A stretch of 64,000 nt of DNA from Eledone cirrhosa (Eukaryota), in NCBI GenBank assembly GCA_964016885.1, contig OZ024742.1, positions 84,630,001-84,694,000 of the forward strand. Reading direction: 5' to 3'. The notes beneath the pieces are model-generated. The model was not told the origin of the DNA. It made no database searches and saw only the letters and a program-made list of their open reading frames with translations. Positions 34,496 through 48,300 of the stretch are shown piece by piece (the first letter of the stretch is position 1; each line of letters starts with the position of its first letter). A program made the position numbers and the translations under genes.

Positions 34496-37400
34496 GGCGA
34501 CCTACGTAGTAAATCGTATCATTGTGAGCTCCGCAAACGTTTGTTATTTTCAGTTGTTTAAAATTGCCATTTATGGAAAATTGTTATTGTTAACTGTATA
34601 TAAGTGCACATACATTGATTTCTGAAAAGGACACTCAAAAAGATTGGGGCCTTGAGCCCAAAATTTAAACTTTTTATAATTATCAAACAAAAAAAAATTT
34701 CTTTGAAAAATCATGGCCGACTCAGTAGCTGAGAGCCTTCCTCACAAACTAACACCTCACACCGACACCATTGTAAATATTACTACGTTTGCCAACACTA
34801 AAAATATAAGCAGTAGCAATATATTAAATTTGTCTCAGGCAGACATTCATTTCCCGCCATTACCAATGACTGCAGGTGTTAAAGCCGCCACCCCCACAAC
34901 CACCACAGCGACAACAGAAACAAAAGAAAAAAATAAATTAACCCGTGATATCGAAATGAATTCAACCAAAATGAACTCTTCCACACCGAACACCACTGAC
35001 GCCACCACCACCACAACTGAAACTAAAATTAACAATAACAAAAATAACGATAACAACAACAGCAACAATGAAATTAAGAAAACCACCCTGAGTTTTGCCA
35101 GAGTAGCAAAACAGTGCGAAGCATTCCAGGTAACTCAGGAGGAATTAGAAGAAGCTAAAAAAATGGTAAAGAAAGATGGGTACAGGGTCAGCTACACACA
35201 CCTAATGAAATGGAGCACCGTCGCCTATGCACCGTGTCTTATCGGACGATAAACATAAAATCGCGCCGAGTGGAACGGGCATCCGAGTTCCAAATCCAAA
35301 AAGCTTTGGGACATGTGTGGGTTAAAACAACCCGCATCAGACGGGCAGAAATATGGAACCGTGGACGTGTTCTTTGAAACACCACAAGAGGCCAGAGAAC
35401 ACTCCATGGCCCCATTAAGAAGTGACGACTTCACACTCGTCCCAAGCTATTGTGGCCAGAGACTCGTGAAGATCAGGGTGACCAACGTTCCACCGGCCAT
35501 CGAAATTCCCTGGCTAATAGCTGCCGTCCTCGCCGGCATCGAAGCCAACACCAAGATAATCGAAATAGCTAAAGAAAAGTAAAGAACTGGTCCGGATCTA
35601 CGATGGAGCTCCTGATCCAAGTGGACCAAAAAAGCATTGGGGAGATCGCAGAGATAATTAACCTCACTCACGGCAGCCACCTCACCGTAATCGTCGAGGG
35701 CAGAAGGTCTAGATGTGTCGTTTGTGGTGAAGGAATCCACCTAAGGGCTTTCTGACCTCAGGCTAAAAGGTTGAGGCCACCTCCCTTACCCACCCCAGTG
35801 ACTCAACCATCAACACCACCAGCAGCAGAAATAGTAGCAACAACTGTAGCAGCAACAACAGAAGCAACTGTAACAGCAACAACCCCAGCAACAGTAGCAA
35901 AACCAACACCACCACCACCCAACGCGCCAGAACTAGCACCCGCGCCTACACCATCCACGACGCCACAACCAAAACCAACGCCTGTGGAGGATTTTCTACT
36001 CCCAGCCTATCACAACTGGAGACAGTTTGTGACGACGAGGAGTGGGAAACGGTATCAGGAAAAAAAAAGAAACAAAAAAAGAAAAAAATCTCTTCCCTCC
36101 CCTCCAAAAACAAAATACAGAGGGAAACAAATAAACTATCAAACAAAAAAGTTAGGACAGATATGCCACCATCCACACCAGCATCACCAACCCCATCACC
36201 ACAAACACCAACACCATTACCATCATTAACCCCAACACCACCATCACCAACACCACAAAAGTCGCCAAAAAGCGAAACAGAAACAAACCCACAACAAACG
36301 CAAACAAAGCAAAACAACCAAAACGATACACACTACACAGCTTAAATTTGAACAACAACCAATTATTACACTACATGCAACACAACACCAGCATCACAGA
36401 AAAAGACTACACAACAACCCAAAAGTTCACACCACCTCCACACATACAAATCACTCGCATCACACAGAAAACGTACACGACACTAAAACAAAAATTCCCT
36501 AAAGACATCGGAGACTTCCGACAAGCACTCTCCAGGACGATTTATAAGGACATCCTTCCGGAGTAGGCCACAAGCAGAGAAAATGATGGAGAAACCGTCC
36601 TTCCTCTACGGGAAGTAAGGTAAGTGGTCTTTCCCATCTTTTCCACTCCATTTCAACATGACCTCACTCAGAATAGGCAGCATAAATGCGCGTGGCTTGG
36701 GGTCGTCATGGAAGCAGGGCCACCTGCTCAACGACCTCAGGTCACTAAACATAGATGTAGTGGCCATCAGCGAGACCAGAATCTCCGAAGCACGTGCCTT
36801 CGCAACGATCTTCTGTGGCTACGATGTGTACGCATTTCCCAGCCGTCCTGGATCGGTGGGAGGAGTTGCTGTGATTTTTCGGAGAGGTTTGGATCTTGCC
36901 ATACATCTTGCCATACATCTTGTCCATTCCTGGACCCAGAAGGTAAGTTGGTCGTGCTGGACGTGACTAGCGGAGACGGGCAAGCTTTCAGGCTAGTGGC
37001 CGTCTTAGCCCCGACAGGAGCAGGGCGGCCTGATTTCTTCCGGCTTCTGGACCTTTCTTGGAATATCCCGCTCTTTAGTGTTAGTAGGTGACTGGAACGG
37101 GATCTTAGATGCACGCTGGGACTGTGTGGGATTAGCGGATAGGAGAGGAGGGTGCAATAGCCTCACCAACCTGCTCAGGCGTTTTGAACTGTCTAACAGG
37201 TACCGATTGGATTTCCCGAATGTGCCAATGTGGACTTGGACAAACGATAGGGTCATCCAGATCATATCTAGATAGAGTATTTTGTAGGGAAATAGATAGG
37301 TCTTACATAGGCTGTCCACAATTCAATATAGTCAGCTACACGGACCACAAATTCGTGATCTGTGTGATTGACTTAGATAGGCTTCATAGACGAGGACCCG

Positions 37401-38542
37401 GCTACTGGAAGCTAAACGCGTTCTTACCAACGCGCAAGGCCTACAGAGACAGGATTAGCGAACTAGGTAGCGTGCGTTGACGGGGGCCATCGTCAACAAC
37501 AAGTGGTGGGTTGCTCTGAAAAGAGCGATTAGAATAAAGTCCATTAGATTTAGTAAGGCTTTAGCAATAGAGAAAAATATAGCATAGGGAGAACTAGTTA
37601 GAAAATTAGACGAGGCGCTTAGCAAAGGCATCGCGACTGACGTACTTGCAGCGAAATTGGCCCTTGGCGTTCTATAGAGGATTAGTGGGGGTTAAGAGCG
37701 ACGACGTACTTGGAGAAACTCTAGGCGTCGACGAAAATAAACTAGCCAATCTCTTCGGAAGGACTTTCGGGCCGGGGCCTATGGACAACTTCCAGAAATC
37801 CCTGGCCTGGCAGTGCTACCGAGGAGTTTGCCAGTTCGGGATAAACTCTACATGCATGGACGTGCCATCAGCCGGGCATGTCCGAGATGCGCACAGGGCG
37901 ACGAAACCGTCCTGCACGCACTCGTCCAGTGTCCGAGCATTGCTGACTTGTGGGTTTATGTCGAACACCTGCTGTCACGTGTAGGACGGATCCAGCGATC
38001 AGCTCAGTCCATCGTGAGGATTGCCCCGCCCTCTTCCTTTAGCCGAGAAGGGCAGGCAGTTTTTATCTGTCTGGTGGCCATGGTGAAAGAGATAGTATGG
38101 TGGACACGTTTGAAAGGGCTGAAGACGAGCACTTACCTCTTCGGTGATGCTCTGATTAACTTTTTCAAATTTCCTTTGAAAAGGAAAATCAGGGTAGAGA
38201 GGTAAGTGCTCTCTTCCCAGCATTTTGTTGAAAGATGGGTGAGAGAAATAAGTATGGCCCGAGTGAATGGGCCTACTCTGAGTATGTGCCTGTAAATTAA
38301 ACGTGGAAAACTGGGAGAGGGCACTTGTCCTGGTGGTCAGGGTCACTGTGGCCTTTTAATGGGATTTCTCCACAAATGTCCCTCAGAAATCTCCACCCTA
38401 TTGGGGGATTTTTCATTGTTATTTTTTTTATTACATCCTCTGTTTTTTTTACACGCAGAAATGCCCATTTGTACCGTCCTGTATTGTCCTGTACTGTCGT
38501 TAATGTCTACTTTATGTAAACCCTTGTGCTTAATAAAAAAGC
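34496..38542 (+). mobile_element. Tx1-type LINE (C-type 5'/ORF1, A-type ORF2) with both ends intact but the RT domain deleted
   Basis: Starts at G after (ATT)n. ORF1 from 34713. ORF2 from 36658 (MTSLRIGSINARG). Junction at 37663/37664 skips about 1.8 kb. A-type 3' UTR + (ATT)n. Confidence 0.9.
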
Positions 38543-38599
38543 ATTATTATTATTATTAATATTATTATTATTATTATTATTGTTATTATTATTATTATT

Positions 38600-40750
38600 G
38601 TTCTTTGAGTCTCATTCATTGATGTTATTTAACTAGAAAGTTTGTTGAAATGAATATCAAGCCCCTATCTGCAGCCTCAGATATTCAGGACGTATCGGAG
38701 GGTTCTTGCTGTTCCCAGCAAGCATCCCGTTTGAAGTGTTCCAAAAGGCGGGGCTGGATTAACTTTCTTTAACCATCCTTGGAAACTCTTTGAGATAGTA
38801 CCTAGTGGGCCTATGACAATCGGGACGACTCTGACTTCATAGCAGTTCCAAATCCTTTTTACCTCCCACTTTAAGTGTTAGTATCGGTTAATTTTCTCCC
38901 TCTCCTTTTCTTGCACTCTCGTATCAAATGGCAGGCTACATCTACAATCAGGCATGATCTGTTTTCCTTGTCCAAAACCACCAGGTCAGGCCTATTGTGT
39001 TCCAGTTTCTTCTCCGTCTGTATCCTAAAATCCCATAGCACCTTCACCTGATCGTTGTCTATCACCGACTCTGGCGTATGCTCATTCCACTTCTCAGAAT
39101 GCGGTAAATTGTTTAATTTGCATAGGTGCCAGTGGATCACCCTGCCCATCACATCATGTCTCCAGCCTTTATAGTGAGTCTGGGCTAGGTGTTTACACTC
39201 GGATACAATGTGAGCCACAGTCTCCTCTCTTTCTCCACAGATCCTGCACAGTGGGCTAGCCTCCTCCTTGTAAAAATGGTGTTTCACCCACTTCGTTTTG
39301 AGGGCCTGCTCTTGCGCGGCCATTAGCATTCCCTCTGTAGCCTTTTTAAGGTCTCTTTTTAATCAGTTCCATGTCTGTGGATATATAAATTCAGATTTCT
39401 CAAAGAAGGTACTATGAAGGGATTTTTTATGAAGGTTGCTCTTTCTCCTTGTTATTTCCTCCTTGGACATATCCCCTGGCCTATTGTCCCCTCCTTTAGT
39501 AGATTCTGAGCATTGGCTCCCTACTGTCGGTCACGTATTTGTGTAGGTTGTTTTTCTCCATCTGAATACAGTCTTTTATGCTGATAAGACCTCTTCCACC
39601 TTCAGATCTCTTTAAGTAGAGTCTATCGACATCACTCCTCTTGTGGAACATGTTGTAGATAGTCAATAGCTTCCTAGTCTTCCTATGCATTTCTTTTTGT
39701 TCAGCAACATTCCATTTCAGAATACCCGCACTGTACCTAATAATAGACACAGCTCTGGAATTCACTGCACTTATGACATTCCTACTATTTAGATGTGTTT
39801 TAATACGCTCCTTACTCTCCTAATGTACTCAGATCTTATCAATTCCTTCATTTTTTTGTTCTTGATGTCATCTGCCTCCAGAACACTTAAATATTTGTAT
39901 CCTTCTTCAGTGTCAATTTCCTTTATCATCTCACCTGTTGGTACCTGGATTCCGTTGCTTCATCACTAGAACTCCACACTTATTAATACCAAATTGCATA
40001 CATATATCATTGCTGAAAATACGGACAGTGACAACAAGGACATCCAACTCCTTCTCACTTTTCCCAAAGAGTTTAAGATCGTCCATGAAGAGGAGGTGGT
40101 TGATGGTAAGCTCTCCCTTTCCCAACTTGTATCCTGCTCTCACTTTTCGCAATATAATGGTCAGGGGTATCAGGCCAAGGACAAACAACAGAGGGGACAA
40201 ACTATCTCCCTGGAACATACCTCTCTTGATCTTGACACCTCCCAAGTATTCTCCACCCGATGTTAATTCTGTTTCCCAGTACTTCATACTTTTGCTCAAC
40301 AACTGTCTGATGTTATCTGCCACCTTGAAGATCTCTAGGCTTTTGGTTATCCAAGAATGAGGTACCATGTCGAATGCCTTTTTGTAGTCTATCCATCCTA
40401 TGGCAAGACCAGTGTGACTCCTCTTGCAATTCCTCATTACCATCTTATCAATAAGTAGCTGGTCTTTTGTACCACGGGACTTCTTTTGGCATCCTTTCTG
40501 TTCGTCCAGTAACAAGTTGTTTGTGTGGAGGTGATGGTAGATTTCCTCAGACACAATGCTTGATAACAGTTTCCACATTACGGATATACATGTGATAGGT
40601 CTATAGTTGGTAACATCATTACCCTTGATTCGGTCTTTCCATACCAGGACTGCGGTACCCTTTGTCAACCACTCTGGTACCTCACCCAACATCAAGCAGT
40701 CATTGAACATGGTTGTCAGTTTCGGGTGGAGGGATGTTATATTTTTAATC
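38600..40750 (-). mobile_element. R4/Dong-type LINE (D1 subfamily), 5'-truncated, frameshifted
   Basis: RT (FMDD) and RLE ORF pieces similar to 29667-33058, with (ATT)n on both sides. Confidence 0.92.
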
Positions 40751-40802
40751 TTTTTAATCTTTTTTTTAATCTTTTTAATTATTATTATCATTATTATTAT
40801 TT

Positions 40803-40864
<62 letters not shown>

Positions 40865-40974
40865 TCCATTATCTTTTATATTGCGGATTATTACTGCTTT
40901 ACCGAGAAAACCCCTGCGCCCCTTTCGTATGAGCAGTGTAGATTTTGCTAATGTTGTTTCTATTGTATTGATAG

Positions 40975-42980
40975 TAATTTTCGTAATATGTGTGCAGTGC
41001 CTAGAAGTGCTATCTTTTGTATGCTGTATATATTGGTAAGTCCTGGGATTTGGGCTATGTATTTGTTTGTGAGTTTTTTTCTATCATTGCTAGAGCACCT
41101 ATTATTATAAGTATTGTGTCTGTTTTCATTTTCTACATTCGAGTTATTTCTATCTCTAGATATTTATATTTTGAGAGTTTCTCTATTGGTAGATATATTG
41201 TCATCATTAGGAGTAGTTACATCAATGAGAAGGCAATTTCGTTTCAAACTGTGTTTCTGCTTAGCATTAACTACATTAACTGAGACACTAAACAGACCTG
41301 GATTAGGTGTAAACGCTACATGAAAATTAACCCTCTCCTATATATAGATGTATGTTGCAACCGAAGAACAACTCAAAACACTGCTACCGACAACAATGCA
41401 AACACTCACTAAAAAAAGAGTCATGGATTTTGGACTAGGCAAATGTTCCATGGGATAACTGATGAGAGGAAAACCAATGAAAAATACTATCATGCTAGAT
41501 AAAGAATTGAGATGAGAAAATAAGATCAAATACAGATATATATATATAGATTTTCTGACTCTCTCAGATCTAATTAAATCTTTTGGCAAGTAAACGATGT
41601 GTCCCTGTTACATCTTTCAACCAAAAGCTGGGGTTCTTGTCATGACCCGGTGCCTTTCATTTGCATGCTGTTTTAGTGTAATAGATACATTTCCTGTTGT
41701 TCTTACAAATTTCTCTTATCCTTCTGTCCATAGTCTTCTTCAGAACTCTTCCACCTTTTTTACTTTCGGGACTATATTTACTTCTATTTTACTCTTATTT
41801 AGTTCCTGAATGAGTCGTTTTGTGTTAGAGTGAAATAGCTGCTTTTGTTCGAAACACTTGTACTTTTCACATTTCCGGATTCATTGTGCTTTTGCACTCG
41901 TATTTGTGATTTTAGTTATTCCTTAGTCGCCGGAATTTCCTTTTCCGTTATATTTCTTTAGTATTTCTTTTTCCCATTACTAGTTTAGTTCGCGTGTTTT
42001 CTTTCTTCCTATTTCATTTCATTTCATTATTTTTTTGTGGGTTTTGTTCTTCATCCTAGTGTAGATCTAAGGGGATACCCACATTCTTGTGTAACAACAG
42101 CTGCTGCATATATTATTTTATTTAGCTGTGTGGTACTAATCTTTATATTCGTGTTTATTAATCTATGAGGGCTACATTGGTGTTATTTTATAATTGTTTT
42201 TATTTTATCGTTACATTTTTAGTGGTGGTAGGAGGGTATATTCTTTGTTCCATAGGGAAGGAGATATATGTTCTGGATTTCTTGGATTATCCTTACGTTT
42301 ATGTCCGTTAGATGCTTTGTGTTTTTGTTGTGTATTTGTGTAATATGTTTTTGCTTAATATATATTCCCTTCAATTTGCTAGTCTGTTGGGCTCGTGCGT
42401 TAAATCAAGATGTGGGTCTTATTTAGGGGTAATTTTTATTTTTGAGCGTTTTCTTGTTTTCACTATTAGGGTGTAGTATTTTTGTAAAACATGCGTGTGG
42501 AATCGAAACCTATTCCTCGGGTGTGAATTTGTATATTTTGAGTGGTAACGTCTAACCAATCTATGAGAATATTATTTCTGTTGAATATCTGCCTTTGTTC
42601 TTCTAAATTAGTACGACTTCCGCGCATGGGTCTTCGGAGAATTTTTTTCTTAAGTGCAAAGTATAAATATCCGTACGTCTATATTTTTCGCTATTTTCAT
42701 AATATAAGCTCTTGTAATACAATCTATAGATTCGACTTTATTTGCAGGCATTCCTTTTTTTCCTTCTTTTACTTTTATTTGGGTTGTAAACACTCAGTGT
42801 TTATGTGGTGGCTGTTTTTCTACTTGTTGCATATTTCTCATGGGATTCCAGTGGTGATAAATAAATTTATACGCCAGGAACACGCCAGACATAAAATATA
42901 GCTTTATTAAGGCTCATTGTAACATATTCTTTTTCGTTTTCCGGCTACATTTACTATTGTTTCCTCGATCGTGTCCGATA
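40975..42980 (-). mobile_element. Very old R4/Dong-like LINE remnant (right limit uncertain)
   Basis: The minus strand at about 40982-41050 reads IPGLTNIYSIQKIALLGTAHILR, the typical Dong C-terminus. The rest is heavily decayed. Confidence 0.5.
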
Positions 42981-42991
42981 TGTTTGAACGC

Positions 42992-42993
<2 letters not shown>

Positions 42994-43073
<80 letters not shown>

Positions 43074-43150
43074 TCTCTCTCTCTCTCCCTCTCTCTCTCT
43101 CTCTCTCCCTCTCTTTATTATCCCCCTCTCTCCCTCTCCCCCCTCTCTCT
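42994..43150. repeat. (TC)n microsatellite
   Basis: Direct reading. Confidence 0.97.
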
Positions 43151-44152
43151 CTGTTTTCCAATGGCGCTTTCTTTCTCCCTAGGGCTGTGTTGCCGGATTC
43201 TCTATGCTATGATCTTTTATAACTACCTACTTTTTACAATTATTTCTATGTTTGATTCGTTTACACTTCTACGAAATTTCATATTCGATCGCTCCAACGC
43301 TTCAAATCGATAATTCGATAATTCCATATCTTGTTCGTTTACACAGACACACAAACACACAAACACACAAACACATATACCGCTCCCCCACCATATATAT
43401 ACATTTGCATACAAGCATATTCACATGTGTGTTGTGTGTGCGTGCATGTGTGTGTATGCATGTCTTTGTATGTGTATGTGTGTGAGTATAAGTGTGTGTG
43501 TCAATCTCATACATGGATATTCTCCAGTAGTTGTATTTTCTGATATTTATGTAATTTGTAATATGATATCATGAAAAAAATTATTTTCTATAAGAACTTA
43601 ATTTTCATTACAAAAGCCAATGCTCTAAATGTAAGTATCCATCTGAATTTCATCTTATCCATGTAGAATATTTATAACTATACATATTTGTGTTCTGAAA
43701 GATTTTCACCTTCCTTAATCGCAATATTTTGAATCGTTAAGCATGACATATTAATAACGGCAATGTTATTACAGTAATAAAGTGAAAGTTTCAGTTTTGA
43801 TGACTATGTCTAACCGGTTCACAGATAAAGTCTTATGGATATGTGTATCCGTGTCTCAAGAGGATTGTTGTTTAATGGTATATCTGTGTTAGTTACTATA
43901 AAATCTATAATTATGTTTCCGACATATATCTTATTTTATCGGCCTTCTTTTACACAGAATTATATTTTAGTTTACTCTGAATTATGTTTTATTTGTTCTT
44001 CGATAATTCAATATTTATTTAGTGTGCAATGTATTAGCTCGAGGTTTCTTCCTTCTAGGGATGGATATAATGTTTGTGTTTTATTTAATATATGCTTTTC
44101 TGTATGTTACACAAACATGTTGTCATAAATGTATTATTTTTTCACCACTAGT

Positions 44153-44153
44153 A

Positions 44154-44232
<79 letters not shown>

Positions 44233-44320
44233 ACTACTCTCTCTTTCTATATATAGATAGATACGTAGATAGATAGACACACACATACACATACACACAA
44301 ACACACACACACACATATAT
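44153..44320. repeat. Compound microsatellite (TAC)n(TGC)n ... (TAGA)n(CA)n(TA)n
   Basis: Direct reading. Confidence 0.95.
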
Positions 44321-45255
44321 ATATAGTCTATCAAAGTTCTTTCATCTCACACATGTGACATCATCTGTGTTACTGTAATGTTTCTTCCCGTTGTATTGTA
44401 ATGTATACACCATTGTTATTATATATATATATATTTCTTTTTTTTATTACGCATTTTTCTATATATAATCCCCACATACTGATTATCTCTGTTTCAATAC
44501 TCATAAATGTGGAGAGATTCTCCATTTCTCTTGGACATATAATGCCACTTGTTAATACTTCTACGAGATAAAACCTCTTTGATTAATGCCTTTTGAAACA
44601 CTATCTGAGCAATATGTAAATTCTTCTTTGAATGAATTTACAACATGCTAGATTGGGGTGTTAAACTAATTAGCTTTGTGCAAATATTTTCCCTTTGTCC
44701 ATTTCTGATTTATTTCCTATTACCAACAAGTCTTTTGGTAGAGAGGAGCTTTGCATTATATTACGTAATACCAATTTCAATTCATTTTTTTTTTCGTTTT
44801 TCAGTCTCCATCTTTACTTTCCCATCGTCTTCTTTGCACTGTTATCTCATGTTCTGTTTCGTATAGTTATATTTATATTGGCTTCCTTGAAGACAAACCC
44901 CAATTTGCTTATGGTTGAGGTATGATAAATATAGCTTTCGTTCGAGAATATTATTGCCGGACCAGCTAAGCCTTTGAAATATATTATATCATTTCGGGTA
45001 TTTATCGTTCTTTTACACATTAATGTAACGTATTTATAAAATTCGATCCTCACCTTTCATTTCTCTGCGTTGTACTCTATGTAATTCATTTATACAACAA
45101 TGATTTTATATACAAAGGGATATTATTATATGAACGTGGCTGGTCACACTTGGGGATCCAGCCGGATCAGTTGGAGATGGTTGCTTCTGACAGTACTCGC
45201 TGGAAAGATTGTTTGAGGACTCTGTCACCAAGATCCTCTCAAGAATAAGTGGGCG

Positions 45256-45322
45256 AAGAAGAAGAAAAAGAAGGAAAAGAAGAAAAAGAAGAAAAAGAAG
45301 AAAAAGAAGAAGGATGATGATG

Positions 45323-45380
<58 letters not shown>
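45256..45380. repeat. (AAG)-rich then (AAT)n microsatellite, left flank of third insertion cluster
   Basis: Direct reading. Confidence 0.95.
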
Positions 45381-48300
45381 GGGAAGAAAACGCACATGGT
45401 GGATAGGAGGTCGTGAAATCGCTCCCGTAAGTTTTTGATTTTTAACATATTTAAATCAATTGTGAAATAACAATTCTTAGTACAAATGATACATAAAGCA
45501 TCCTATTCAATTTTGTATTATACATTTTATATTAAAAAAAGAAAATGGTTATAAATGGAAGAAAACCCCCTCTGTCTACACTATATAGAACAGCCGAATA
45601 ACAGCAATTTCACCAACACCAGAAACTAGATACACCACCCTCCCCATCACTCCTCTGTGTACACTAAATGTAACAGCCAGATAACGGCAATTTCACCACC
45701 ACCACCACCAATCTCAGCATAATAATAATAATTACTATTATTATTGTCTCAAGTTTTAACAAAATGTTTAATTCCAATATTAAGGGAATATGGCAACACA
45801 TATACGCGACTAACCCCATAGATTCACCGATCAAACAAAAATACAATCTATTCAACAAAACTCAGTAACGACAACGCTATCACTACAGTCACCGCCGCCA
45901 CCACCCATCCATCATTACTACCACTATCCCATCACCACCGCCACCACTCCTTCATTGCTACCACCGCTACCCCCATTACCTTCTGTTAACTTACGAAAGG
46001 GGAAGGTGGCGGTATCCCTAGACAATATTAATAAACAAGATTAATATTTAATTTTGGATCAGGAATGTTAGAGTCGAAAAGGGGAAAAATGGCAAAATGA
46101 CTAAATAGCTAAAGATAATTTCACCACCAACACCACCACCACTACCACGATGAACACTCTGGTCAAGTCGACTCAACCGCTATTTCTACTCCAACTTCAA
46201 CACCATCACTACAGTACTACGATCACATCACCACCACCACTGCCTCTTTATCGCTACCGCCGCTATTCTCTCCCACTACCTCCTGCTAGTTGCTGCTAGC
46301 ACAGCACCGCCACCACCACCACCAGCACTGCATCATTATCACTACCGCCGCTATTCTCTCCCGCTACCCCCTGCTACATCGTAGTGTCCCCACTAAAAGA
46401 GGAAGGCATCAAAATATATAAATAGACTGAATTGATGACCCGGTCAAAATCAAAAAACCAAAAATCAAAATCAAAGCAGCAGAGCAAGAACGAAAAACGT
46501 AAAGAAAAGAAAAATGAAGAGAAAAACAAACAGACGGACAGAGAAGGGAAGGGAAAAACTAAGTCAGACATTCAAACATTACATTACAATGAAACTTATG
46601 CTTATTCAAAATTTTTTTTTGGGGGGGGGGGGGGCTGTTTGTTTGTTTGTTTATTTATGTTCGTCTACAGTGTGATAATGGCGCACAAAAATCACCGAGA
46701 GTGACGAAATCACCGGAGGTGATGAAATCACCGGTGGTTATGTTACCATACATTCGCCAATGGAGACTAGAATGTCATGTGACAGACTCTCACCCAACAG
46801 GTGCTCAAGGCTCAGCAGCAGGGACCTGGCTGTCAACCAAATACTGCTGGTGTCGGAGTAAGAAGAAGAAGGAAAGGGACCAGAACCAACTGGACGAAAG
46901 AATTGAATAGAACTGTTATGCAATGTTACCTGAAGAGTAACCCCAAGAAGAAAGGCTATAGGAAACGGATGCATAACATCTGGAACGAGATTGGTCTATT
47001 TAAATTAGATGAACAAAAATTGGCCGGGCAGGCTCGGGTAATAAGGACTAATGGGTGGATAAGCGAACTGGAACTGGAGGAACTGAGCAGAGAGATTAGC
47101 TTGGAGATGGAGAGTGTAGTATGCCAGGCAAACGAGCCAGTGGGAAATGAAGGTGAAGAGGTCGAGAGAACGGAGGAACCACCCGAAGTAAACAATGATC
47201 TGAATGCTGAGATAAATAATACCTGGAACAGAGATACGGCCACTGAGGAGATGAATGCTGACGGGCTAGGACAAAATTTGGTTGATATCCTAAACCTAGT
47301 GGTAGATGAATTCAACAATGATAGTGGGAGACCTATGAACCTAAGATTTGTAGACAGGAAAAAGTTAAAAGAAACAACAGCTAAGGTAAACAAAGTCATC
47401 CCATACCTTGAGGCGAGGAGCCTTCACCAGTGCAACAATATCCTCAAAGCAACAGCAAATACGGTGAGGAAACTACTTGGTATAAAAGCGAGAGGTAACA
47501 ACAGACAAGAAAGATCAGAGCCTTGGTGGAAGAAACGACTGAGTGGTAAAATCAGGGAAATGAGAAATGACATTGGAAAGCTTGAGTCCCTACTGAATGG
47601 GACACTAAAAAACATAGACACTAAAAATAGACTGGAAATAAAGTACAAAACTAGGAGGAAAAAGCTAAATATTATCGTAGAGGAACTGAAGCAACGCATT
47701 GTAGCAAAGAGTGCAAAAATCAGGCGATACGGGAACAGAGTCAGTCAGTATAGACAGAACCGCATGTTCGACAACAACCAGAAGATGCTGTTTGGACAGC
47801 TTGAAGGGAAAGAAAGAGGCAACGACTTGATCCCTGAGGCGGAACAAACTAAAACATTCTGGAAAGGATATGGGAGCAGGATGTTAAACATAATGACCAG
47901 GCAGTGTGGATTGAGACAGTACAGAAGGAGATCAGTGAACAGGCACACCAACAAACTGATTTGAGTATCACAGTTGAAACTCTTAAGGGGCAGGCCAAAA
48001 AACTAACCAACTGGAAATCACCAGGCCCAGATGGTGTGCAGGGGTATTGGATTAAAAATATAACATCCCTCCACCCGAAACTGACAACCATGTTCAATGA
48101 CTGCTTGATGTCAGGTGAGGTACCAGAGTGGTTGACAAAAGGTACCACAGTTCTGATAATGAAAGACCGAATCAAGGGTAATGATGTTACCAACTATAGA
48201 CCTATCACATGTCTGTCCGTAATGTGGAAACTGTTGACAAGCATTATGTCTGAGAAAATCTACCATCACCTCCACACAAACAACTTGTTATCGGACGAAC

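Noticed and set aside
42907-45448. Low-complexity ORFs (ER, SL, poly-Y, poly-S, RK repeats) as host genes
   Set aside because: They are translations of microsatellites; the same applies to ORFs at 63198-63830.
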